This document shows positions 47,171-53,962 of a stretch of 64,000 bases of DNA, piece after piece. A program made the position numbers and the translations under genes. The stretch is from a virus. The stretch lies in IMG/VR virus record IMGVR_UViG_3300045988_159685; one strand, given 5' to 3'. The notes beneath the pieces were generated by a model, which ran no database searches, had not been told where the DNA came from, and saw only the letters and a program-made list of their open reading frames with translations. Position 1 is the first letter of the stretch; every line of letters begins with the position of its first letter.

Positions 47171-47420
47171 ACATATATTCCTCAAAAGTAGATAAAAGAG
47201 GGGCTCTATTTATGGTTTCAAGTAGATAACATTTACGCCCATCCACATATCTTAGTTGACGAATATGATATTGCTGCCCACAAAAAATAACCATGTACTT
47301 TAAAAAACCTGTCCCTTTTCTTATTAATAAATTCCCAACATAGTACGGCGGCATCGTTTCATATTCACACAGCATATCTTTTAAACGCCTCATTTGCACT
47401 TTGTCGCCTATCTGATACAT
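47157..47420 (-). CDS. GDKVRIRRxKDLxCE family paralogue
   Basis: MYQIGDKVQMRRLKDMLCEY...EEYMFEKR. Confidence 0.6.
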   Translation of the reverse strand: MYQIGDKVQMRRLKDMLCEYETMPPYYVGNLLIRKGTGFLKYMVIFCGQQYHIRQLRYVDGRKCYLLETINRAPLLSTFEEYMFEKR

Positions 47421-47440
47421 TAAAAATCACCTCTTTTCAA
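47396..47440. repeat. 45-bp perfect direct repeat, copy 2
   Basis: Identical to 47126-47170. Confidence 0.9.
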
Positions 47441-48010
47441 TAGGTCATTTACGATGTCCTTAAAGAGTTTGCGTAATTTCGGGTTATTTTCTATAACCTC
47501 ATGTTTTGAGGTTACATTTGCCCTCTTCATACGATTACTCCATACGATGCCATATCTTGCAGACATTTCACCATAAATACGCCGCAATGTGGCATTATAC
47601 CCCAGAGAGTTATCGTCACGCCTTTGCGCAAGAGGAGCCGCCACCATTGAACAAGTGACATCGATTAGTTCTACCGGTGTAAGATCTAATTTTCTTACAT
47701 TCATATTATCCATAATGTGGTATGTAAATGTTGTTCTTTCAACAATTCTGAATTTTAAAAAGTCAAGAAAATCTTTGCCATCACAATGTCTTGTTTCGTA
47801 TTTGCGACTAAAGCCCCATACACGGCAAAACTCATTAATAGTTTCATTGATAAGTTGTTCTGTTTTTCTACGTGCTGTCGTTTCTTTCCCAAATGTTTTT
47901 ATTAAAAAATGGTTATATACATTAGTAAGCAAAACGCTTTTCCATTCATCCGCGCCGAGCACTCTCCCAAGAATTTGTTCGTCGCGTGTAGCCCTTTCAA
48001 TCTTTTTCAT
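47420..48010 (-). CDS. Hypothetical protein
   Basis: Tiling ORF, ATGA-type overlap with the downstream paralogue. Confidence 0.5.
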   Translation of the reverse strand: MKKIERATRDEQILGRVLGADEWKSVLLTNVYNHFLIKTFGKETTARRKTEQLINETINEFCRVWGFSRKYETRHCDGKDFLDFLKFRIVERTTFTYHIMDNMNVRKLDLTPVELIDVTCSMVAAPLAQRRDDNSLGYNATLRRIYGEMSARYGIVWSNRMKRANVTSKHEVIENNPKLRKLFKDIVNDLLKRGDF

Positions 48011-48085
48011 GTAAATCTATCCCTTCTTTTTTTATTATGTAGTTATATGAAACTACATATCAGTAATACTATTGGTTGCATTATT

Positions 48086-48160
48086 TGGTGACTCGTGCAG
48101 GAATTGCACCTACGATTCCATCCTGAGAAGATAGCGTCTTAACTACTTGACCAACGAGCC
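48086..48160 (-). tRNA. tRNA-Glu-like, anticodon CUC (copy A; atypical T-loop UGCAAUU)
   Basis: Minus strand: GGCTCGT TG GTC AAGTAGTTAA GAC G CTATC TTCTCAG GATGG AATC GTAGG TGCAATT CCTGC ACGAGTC A CCA. Same architecture as Firmicutes tRNA-Glu (3-bp D stem). Confidence 0.7.
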
Positions 48161-48243
48161 ATAAGCCCATAAGGGCTTTTTAATACTATGGGATTATTGG
48201 AGGTGAAGAACCATAGTATGTATCAGGAATTACCCTCGCGCTG

Positions 48244-48319
48244 TGGCTGGAGTGGCTGGACTCGAACCAGCGGAATGACGGAGTCAAAGTCCGTTGCCTT
48301 ACCTCTTGGCTACACTCCA
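48244..48319 (-). tRNA. tRNA-Gln (UUG)
   Basis: TGGAGTG TA GCC AAGAGGTAA GGC A ACGGA CTTTGAC TCCGT .. GCTGG TTCGAGT CCAGC CACTCCA G CCA. Close to Bacillus tRNA-Gln. Confidence 0.85.
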
Positions 48320-48345
48320 ATATAGCCCGTAAAAGCGGGCATTTT

Positions 48346-48618
48346 TTACAACTTTTTACCATCAAGGGTTTCGAACATATATTCCGTCCAAGCCCAACAC
48401 GTGATTTCATTCAACGTATATTCGCCTGTATCTCCATATCCTCTATCCTGAATCTCCGTTATACTGTGAATTTCTCCACAATATATATACATTGATGGGT
48501 TAAAACTTAAATATGAATTTTTGGGGCGTAATGGTTCATCTTCTTGATTGTTGTAACTATATTCGCAAAGCAGGTCTTTTTTACGCCTTATTCTGACTTC
48601 ATTGCCGATTTTTAGCAT
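48346..48618 (-). CDS. GDKVRIRRxKDLxCE family paralogue
   Basis: MLKIGNEVRIRRKKDLLCEY...EYMFETLDGKKL. ATG at 48618 follows GGAGGTG. Confidence 0.6.
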   Translation of the reverse strand: MLKIGNEVRIRRKKDLLCEYSYNNQEDEPLRPKNSYLSFNPSMYIYCGEIHSITEIQDRGYGDTGEYTLNEITCWAWTEYMFETLDGKKL

Positions 48619-49150
48619 TATGCACACCTCCAATTTTGTATGGAATCTGAGTTACTCCAAGTTTTTTTGCGGCAATGTATCTGGCATAGCCGTCTTTCAA
48701 AATTTTGTTGCCCTTAGCATCAAGCTTTATAGTTATGGGGTTATCGAAAATTCCATAATATTTATAGAAACAGATAGCCCTGTCCACCTTTTCTTTCTTT
48801 GGCGGATGATTCATAAAGTCTCTGGGTATGTACACTTTATCTACATCTATGAGCTTTTTGAAGTTGCTCATAAAAGCGGGGCGACTAATGTTTACAACTA
48901 TCGCATTTATAGTTGCTACGCCATCACGCTTGGAGATTTCGTAATCTCTTCGACCTGTAATCAAAGAATATGTATCACGGGAATTTCGCCGCACAATTAC
49001 AACGAGGTTGTCTTTTGTGCCGAGTTTTTCAGTGTCGATACTCTTCTTGTGTACACTATCTGTCAGCATGATGTTCCTAACTGGTATAGGAATCGCCTGC
49101 GCCGCCATTCTTGACCTGAAATTTTTTATATTGTTAAAACAGTACGCCAT
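48599..49150 (-). CDS. ParB/Sulfiredoxin-like nuclease-domain protein
   Basis: C-terminal KILKDGYARYIAAKKLGVTQIPYKI (DGxxR-type ParB N-domain motif). An N-terminal segment YSLITGRRDYEISKRDGVATINAIVV looks like a second copy. Confidence 0.55.
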   Translation of the reverse strand: MAYCFNNIKNFRSRMAAQAIPIPVRNIMLTDSVHKKSIDTEKLGTKDNLVVIVRRNSRDTYSLITGRRDYEISKRDGVATINAIVVNISRPAFMSNFKKLIDVDKVYIPRDFMNHPPKKEKVDRAICFYKYYGIFDNPITIKLDAKGNKILKDGYARYIAAKKLGVTQIPYKIGGVHNAKNRQ

Positions 49151-49179
49151 AATTTCTACCTCCTATTTTTTATAATGGC

Positions 49180-49255
49180 TGGTGTGCCATTCGGGATTTG
49201 AACCCGAGACCTTTCGATTAAAAGTCGAATGCTCTACCAATTGAGCTAATGGCAC
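49180..49255 (-). tRNA. tRNA-Lys (UUU), copy 1
   Basis: GTGCCAT TA GCTC AATTGGTA GAGC A TTCGA CTTTTAA TCGAA AGGTC TCGGG TTCAAAT CCCGA ATGGCAC A CCA. Confidence 0.88.
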
Positions 49256-49615
49256 ATAGACCGCCGTGGCGGTCAGCATTGTAACCCATGGTTACACAGA
49301 TTACAATTTAATTACAAAGTGGTGACATAATTCAATCGACCGTGTTACTTAAATGTAACTCGCAAGCTTTTTAGCTTGCATTTGAATAAAAAAAATAACG
49401 ACGGATTAACCAAAGTTGACCCGTCGTTAAATATATAAAATGGACACTTTTCAGCCTTGTGGATAACCTACGGTCAAGTTATGACGCACCTTAACCAAAC
49501 TCAAGGGTTTTGTAAAATCTTAATTGTTGTGCTTTAAGATTTAAGCTTTAGACGATTATAAGCTTTGAACTTTCGTAATTAAATTTTCAGCTTTATGCCT
49601 TAAGCTTTATCTTAT

Positions 49616-49657
49616 TACTCGTACAGGAATTGAACCTGTAATGCAACCAGTCGAGCA
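49616..49657 (-). other. tRNA-derived acceptor/T-arm minihelix-like fragment (no D or anticodon arm, no CCA)
   Basis: Minus strand: TGCTCG-ACTGGTTGCATT-ACAGG TTCAATT CCTGT-A-CGAGTA. The 3' half resembles the tRNA-Glu-like copies. Confidence 0.4.
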
Positions 49658-49819
49658 ACAAAACATTCCCACAAAAAAGGAATATCATATATCTTCGTAT
49701 AGACTACGATAGCTATTACTTATATTTGAGGCCAGATTTTTATTATTTTACTTTGTGAATATAGCCTAAAACACAAAGGTCATAAAATTAAAGGTTTTCA
49801 AAAAGCACCCATTTTTTGC

Positions 49820-50461
49820 TTAGTACGAAATTTCGATTTCGGTTATAGCGTTCGATACGCTGATAGCCGAGTCAAAATCAATCTTAAACTTGTCTATACG
49901 ATCGACAAGGTCAGAAATGATTTCGGCAGTGTCAAAACCCTCGATAATTTCAAAAGTGTTCGCCTTTATGAAATTGGTTTTCGCCTCCTCTATTTCCTTT
50001 GTAACAGCTTTACCGTCTTTTGAACCAAACATTCCAAGTACATACTCATCGGCACGCCCCTGTAATGTTTCGCCGTTCTCATAATTACATCTGTCCTGTG
50101 CAGCTTTAAGCTGTTTAGACATATGCTTCAAAAGATCTTCCTCAAATTCAATGCCGTGATTCTTATACTCTATAGCCTCGGCAATAGTCAGTTTCATACC
50201 CTGTATTGTGACTTCGGTCTCGGCATTTGAAAGCGTAACGGCACGCTTAATTGCCTTACGCCTTTTTATAAGGTCGGCTATTTTGTCATAGCTCGCCTTG
50301 AAGCCATTCTTAGCTTCTTCAATAGAGACGCCATTTATCTTTGTGTTGCTATGTTTGTTCTCAACCACAAATTTTGCATCTTTGATAAGGGCGGGTATCC
50401 TCTTATCGAGAATCTTAAGCTCACAAAGTGCCTGATGAATCGTCATTTTTTCGTTAGTCAT
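49820..50461 (-). CDS. Hypothetical protein (213 aa, helical)
   Basis: Clean ORF between tRNA-like elements. Confidence 0.55.
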   Translation of the reverse strand: MTNEKMTIHQALCELKILDKRIPALIKDAKFVVENKHSNTKINGVSIEEAKNGFKASYDKIADLIKRRKAIKRAVTLSNAETEVTIQGMKLTIAEAIEYKNHGIEFEEDLLKHMSKQLKAAQDRCNYENGETLQGRADEYVLGMFGSKDGKAVTKEIEEAKTNFIKANTFEIIEGFDTAEIISDLVDRIDKFKIDFDSAISVSNAITEIEISY

Positions 50462-50515
50462 TTCAAAAACTCCTTTGAATTTTAAAATTTACAGACCTGA
50501 TTATGCCTGTATTGA

Positions 50516-50575
50516 TGGTGGCTCACACAGGATTTACACCTGTACTCTCACTGGGGATAAGAGTCTATTTGAGCC
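50516..50575 (-). pseudogene. 60-nt truncated tRNA-like element ending in CCA (D arm absent)
   Basis: GGCTCAA ATAG ACTCTTA TCCCCAG TGAGAGT ACAGG TGTAAAT CCTGT GTGAGCC A CCA. The acceptor pairs at 6 of 7 positions. The loop has C at position 33. Confidence 0.45.
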
Positions 50576-50628
50576 ATAGCGATGCAAAGCATCGCACTCA
50601 GAAAAAGAAGGGAATGCCCAAAACGGGC

Positions 50629-50704
50629 TGGTGACTCACGCAGGATTTGAACCATGCAATTCCGCCCTGAGAAGGCGGCGTCTTAACCGTTTGACCAGTG
50701 AGCC
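50629..50704 (-). tRNA. tRNA-Glu-like, anticodon CUC (copy B; one unpaired base in the T stem)
   Basis: GGCTCAC TG GTC AAACGGTTAA GAC G CCGCC TTCTCAG GGCGG AATT GCA(T)GG TTCAAAT CCTGC GTGAGTC A CCA. Confidence 0.6.
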
Positions 50705-50728
50705 ATAAGGCGGAGAACTCCGCCTATA

Positions 50729-51673
50729 TTACTTTTCTTTAAAGGTTGGCGAACAGCTCTCAAAGAATTCTTTTACGTTGACATTGTATTTCTCAAGAAT
50801 CGCAACGATAACTTTTTGTACCTTGTCCCATTCGTCATCTTTGATATACTGAATATACGGTGTCTTGCGATTGCCACGCTTTTTGAGGTCAATCCCGTAG
50901 CGATAACTAAGCTGCTTATATAGCATACTGAAAGCCACGCCGAAACTGATATGCAAAGTCGAAGCAAACTTACGCATAACTCTGTTGAACATTTTGCGGT
51001 CTGAAATATGTAAGACCTCGGCTGTTAAAAGCTTGTTTGACGTTTCAATTCTGTCGATATGACGCCGCTGAAACGCCGTGTAAGCCTGGGCGGCTGTCGC
51101 AAATTCCATGATATCACCCGTGGCAAAAGCCTTGCCGATTGCCGCTTGGAGCTTTTCTTCGTCGTCGATATCTTGCGTGAGAAGTTCGGGCTTTTCCTCG
51201 GCGGTGTGTTCGACAATGTTTAGGAGCTGTGTCCTGACCTCTTGGGCTATCTTGCTATCACGAAGAAGCATGCCTATTCTGAGGATGGCACGCTTTGAGA
51301 AACACTTGATGCCTCGGTTTGGGATTTCAAGGTGGGTATTATCGTCGATTTGGATAACAAGTTTGCCGTTTTGTTGCTCAAAATTCTTAAAGGTACAACT
51401 TGTACCTTTAAGAATTTCTTTAAAGATTGTAGGCGTTTTAGTTGCAACGCCATCACCCTCAATCTCAGTGCGGTTTCGCTGACAACAACGCTTTATAGTA
51501 TCAATATCAACCTCATAATAATCCGCCACCTGCCTAATAGTCATACAGTTCATCTCAGGTATCAAAAGCAGCTTCTTAACCTTATCAAGAACCTCAGTTC
51601 TGGCAATAAGCTCGTTTCTGAGGTCATGGTTGTCTACCATGCTTTCGCTCGTGATGATTTTACTTTCTGGCAT
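50729..51673 (-). CDS. HTH DNA-binding regulatory protein (phage antirepressor/Rha-like layout)
   Basis: N-terminal MTIRQVADYYEVDIDTIKRCCQRNRTEI HTH. The C-terminal helical domain resembles phage regulatory/antirepressor C-domains. Its own palindromic motif recurs upstream. Confidence 0.5.
   Translation of the reverse strand: MPESKIITSESMVDNHDLRNELIARTEVLDKVKKLLLIPEMNCMTIRQVADYYEVDIDTIKRCCQRNRTEIEGDGVATKTPTIFKEILKGTSCTFKNFEQQNGKLVIQIDDNTHLEIPNRGIKCFSKRAILRIGMLLRDSKIAQEVRTQLLNIVEHTAEEKPELLTQDIDDEEKLQAAIGKAFATGDIMEFATAAQAYTAFQRRHIDRIETSNKLLTAEVLHISDRKMFNRVMRKFASTLHISFGVAFSMLYKQLSYRYGIDLKKRGNRKTPYIQYIKDDEWDKVQKVIVAILEKYNVNVKEFFESCSPTFKEK
51381..51417. promoter_or_regulatory. 37-bp perfect palindrome (operator-like O1) inside the HTH gene
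   Basis: AAATTCTTAAAGGTACAA-C-TTGTACCTTTAAGAATTT. Confidence 0.7.
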
Positions 51674-51729
51674 AATTTCACCTCCTCTTGTAAAACAAAT
51701 TGAACATCTTGCTTAGTTAGTAACCTAAA

Positions 51730-51760
51730 TTCTTAACGGAACAAGTTGTTCCTTTAAGAA
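51730..51760. promoter_or_regulatory. Operator-like palindrome O2 upstream of the HTH gene
   Basis: TTCTTAACGGAACA-AGT-TGTTCCTTTAAGAA, one mismatch from perfect symmetry and the same consensus as O1. Confidence 0.65.
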
Positions 51761-51775
51761 ATATCCATCTTTAAT

Positions 51776-51798
51776 GGGATAAGTTGTTCCTTTAAAAG
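51776..51798. promoter_or_regulatory. Degenerate operator-like site O3 (good right half only)
   Basis: GGGATA-AGT-TGTTCCTTTAAAAG. Confidence 0.4.
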
Positions 51799-51842
51799 CA
51801 CTTGAATAGAGTTTAGACTTTTTTGCTATAATGCCATTTGAA

Positions 51843-51867
51843 CTAACGGAACATCTTGTTCCTTTAG
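51843..51867. promoter_or_regulatory. Operator-like palindrome O4
   Basis: CTAACGGAACA-TCT-TGTTCCTTTAG. Confidence 0.6.
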
Positions 51868-52074
51868 TAATTTTTAAAGATATTAAACTTACCTCTGCCT
51901 AACATTTAAGACTTATAATAACCGCAATCACCGTTATAATCAGATTAAGCAGTGCGCCGATCCACAGTGGTGATACCACCCAAAGCCAACTCCAGCATAT
52001 AACTTTAGTCAGTTTCAGTATGATAAATACGATAGTAAGCAGTCCGCAAAAACCAATTCCGCCGCTCTTCATAA

Positions 52075-52308
52075 TTATTCTCCCTCCCTTACAATATGAA
52101 ATTTATCCACGCCGTAAATAACGCCAAGTGAGCGCCCATTGTCAAAATTGCAATGAATCGTACCAGCGTCATCGACATGATCAACCGTTCCAAGCGTATT
52201 CGGCTCAACTGGGTATGGATCATCAACCATTTTCTCAAGGCATATTCTTGTACCCTCGGGGAAAACTCTTTTGAGCCAAGATATCCTCTTGTCATTGTAT
52301 AAACTCAT
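52075..52308 (-). CDS. DUF4314-like protein
   Basis: FPEGTRICLEKMVDDPYPVEPNTLGTVDHVDDAGTIHCNFDNGRSLGV matches the remembered DUF4314 pattern (G..v.l..M.Dp.p...G..GtV..vDd.GtihV.wDnG..L). Confidence 0.55.
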   Translation of the reverse strand: MSLYNDKRISWLKRVFPEGTRICLEKMVDDPYPVEPNTLGTVDHVDDAGTIHCNFDNGRSLGVIYGVDKFHIVREGE

Positions 52309-52646
52309 ACCTTGCCTCTTTCAAACTCAATAACACCGCCATCGGCATCAACGACAACTGGGCGAATTGATAGGATATTTCTTGTGAATAAAAACGCACA
52401 GGCTAATGGCACGGCAATAACCGCACTCTCGGGCATAGCTATAGCCATAACGCCCATAGCAAAGCCGAGAACTTTCTGCATAATCCACAACACTTTGGCT
52501 GCTTTTCTTTCAAGTCTGCGGCTTTTATAGCTTTCTATGCGCTTTTTAAGCTCTCTTTCTTCTTTGTCACGTTCTTCTGCGTGTTTCATAGATCTGATTA
52601 ACTTTGTCAGGTCGTATGTATTATGTACGTTTTCAAAAGCGTCCAT
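52305..52646 (-). CDS. Hypothetical membrane protein
   Basis: Charged helical N-terminus, then two TM helices. Confidence 0.5.
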   Translation of the reverse strand: MDAFENVHNTYDLTKLIRSMKHAEERDKEERELKKRIESYKSRRLERKAAKVLWIMQKVLGFAMGVMAIAMPESAVIAVPLACAFLFTRNILSIRPVVVDADGGVIEFERGKV

Positions 52647-52719
52647 AAAAACACCTCCATTTTAAAATAATAATAATGATTTTCTGATTACGCCTGAAAA
52701 TCACCATAAAATCTGGCGT

Positions 52720-52795
52720 TGGTGCGACTTATGGGGCTTGAACCCATGACCTCCGCATTAAAAGTGCGTTGCTCTACTAACTGAGCTAAAGCCGC
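52720..52795 (-). tRNA. tRNA-Lys (UUU), copy 2 (sequence-divergent from copy 1)
   Basis: GCGGCTT TA GCTC AGTTAGTA GAGC A ACGCA CTTTTAA TGCGG AGGTC ATGGG TTCAAGC CCCAT AAGTCGC A CCA. Confidence 0.85.
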
Positions 52796-52888
52796 AAGCG
52801 CAGGCATCACACTACATTCCCATATGGTGGGATAAGCACTGTACCTGCTATGCCAATTTTCTTTTTGTGTAGCATTGGCAAACTACAC

Positions 52889-52975
52889 TGGTGCCGCTGA
52901 CGAGACTTGAACTCGTAAGGATTTTACTCCGAGGGTTTTTAAGACCCTTGTGTATGCCTATTCCACCACAGCGGC
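52889..52975 (-). tRNA. tRNA-Leu (UAA), type II with long variable arm
   Basis: GCCGCTG TG GTGGAATAGGCATACAC A AGGGT CTTAAAA ACCCT (long variable arm) ACGAG TTCAAGT CTCGT CAGCGGC A CCA. Confidence 0.85.
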
Positions 52976-53085
52976 TTGTCTTGCCCACAACCCACAGAAG
53001 GCAAGTAATGTACGGCTCATCCGTACTTCCCTACGTATTCAGCGACTGATGCCACCGATGCGCGTCTAAGGACTGCGACGTCCTT

Positions 53086-53160
53086 TGGTGACTCGTGCAG
53101 GATTCAAACCTACGACTCCGCTCTGAGAAAGCGGTATCTTAATCACTTGACCAACGAGCC
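53086..53160 (-). tRNA. tRNA-Glu-like, anticodon CUC (copy C; T-loop UUUGAAU)
   Basis: GGCTCGT TG GTC AAGTGATTAA GAT A CCGCT TTCTCAG AGCGG AGTC GTAGG TTTGAAT CCTGC ACGAGTC A CCA. Confidence 0.7.
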
Positions 53161-53458
53161 ATAAGGCGGCTTTTGACCGCCTACTGAATAAAAAGAAAGG
53201 AATTTTAAATCAATGCTAATATCTAACTTATGTAACCCTCTACACGAGGGCTGGCACAATAAGCATAATTCACCACCTCCGTTCCTACTCATACCAGCCG
53301 AGCCCAATATTTCAATATCACCTAAGCCTTGCAATAAACCGCAGTAATAGACTTTTAGCGGGTTATGCCGTACTTAGACGCCGCAAATTATTTAACGTGG
53401 CTTGCGGTTACCACTTACTCAAATGAGCATATCAACTACCTCTTTTCAAAAAAACTTG

Positions 53459-53935
53459 TTAGGTCTCTTTATTAATTTGTGATTCTACAACGAAATACTC
53501 TCTTGCGTCTTCGTAGTTCTTGGCCATTTTTATAATTTCATCGTCTCGCTTCTGAAGTAACGCTCTTCTTTTTTCAGCAAGTTCTTTGTCATTGTAGTAA
53601 CCAAGAAGGGAATATTCCCCATACTTGCCAAGAGAGAACAGCACATAGGCTGTCGTGGCGCTATCATCTACTTCGATTTCGTCAAAGTGGATGGCTGTGT
53701 TTTCATAGTCATCACTGTCAAACAGGTCATTTTCGATAATCCAATTATTGGTTTTTTCGATACTTTCGACCTGCTCTCTTGCCACCTTGATAGCTACTTC
53801 TTTTGAAGTATATATGCCAATCAAGGCATATTCGGGGTATAAATGCCATGAAGAATCAACCTTCATAACAACATATAACTTTTGACTTTCTTGGTTGCTT
53901 TCGCAAGAAGTTTCGATTGTAAATTTTGTCAACAT
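53459..53935 (-). CDS. Hypothetical protein
   Basis: Clean ORF; GGAGGTA upstream of the ATG. Confidence 0.55.
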   Translation of the reverse strand: MLTKFTIETSCESNQESQKLYVVMKVDSSWHLYPEYALIGIYTSKEVAIKVAREQVESIEKTNNWIIENDLFDSDDYENTAIHFDEIEVDDSATTAYVLFSLGKYGEYSLLGYYNDKELAEKRRALLQKRDDEIIKMAKNYEDAREYFVVESQINKET

Positions 53936-53962
53936 AAAATTACCTCCTCATTTTTCATAAAA

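Noticed and set aside
48186-48410. 74-aa ORF in the track
   Set aside because: It is almost entirely the antisense or overlapping reading of tRNA-Gln (48244-48319) and its flanking hairpin. It has no RBS and a non-protein-like composition.
51025-51703. Multiple overlapping ORFs on both strands inside 50729-51673
   Set aside because: Only the 314-aa frame has an HTH, a start with GAGGAGGTG and full-length continuity. The others are by-products of the less AT-rich composition.
52889-52975. Possible suppressor tRNA or stop-codon recoding (anticodon written TAA)
   Set aside because: The anticodon 5'-UAA-3' reads the Leu codon UUA, not a stop. No tRNA in the window has a CUA, UUA or UCA anticodon. 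All major genes are intact ORFs in the standard code.
53143-53334. 63-aa ORF
   Set aside because: It starts inside tRNA-Glu-like copy C and continues into the hairpin-rich leader. There is no RBS.
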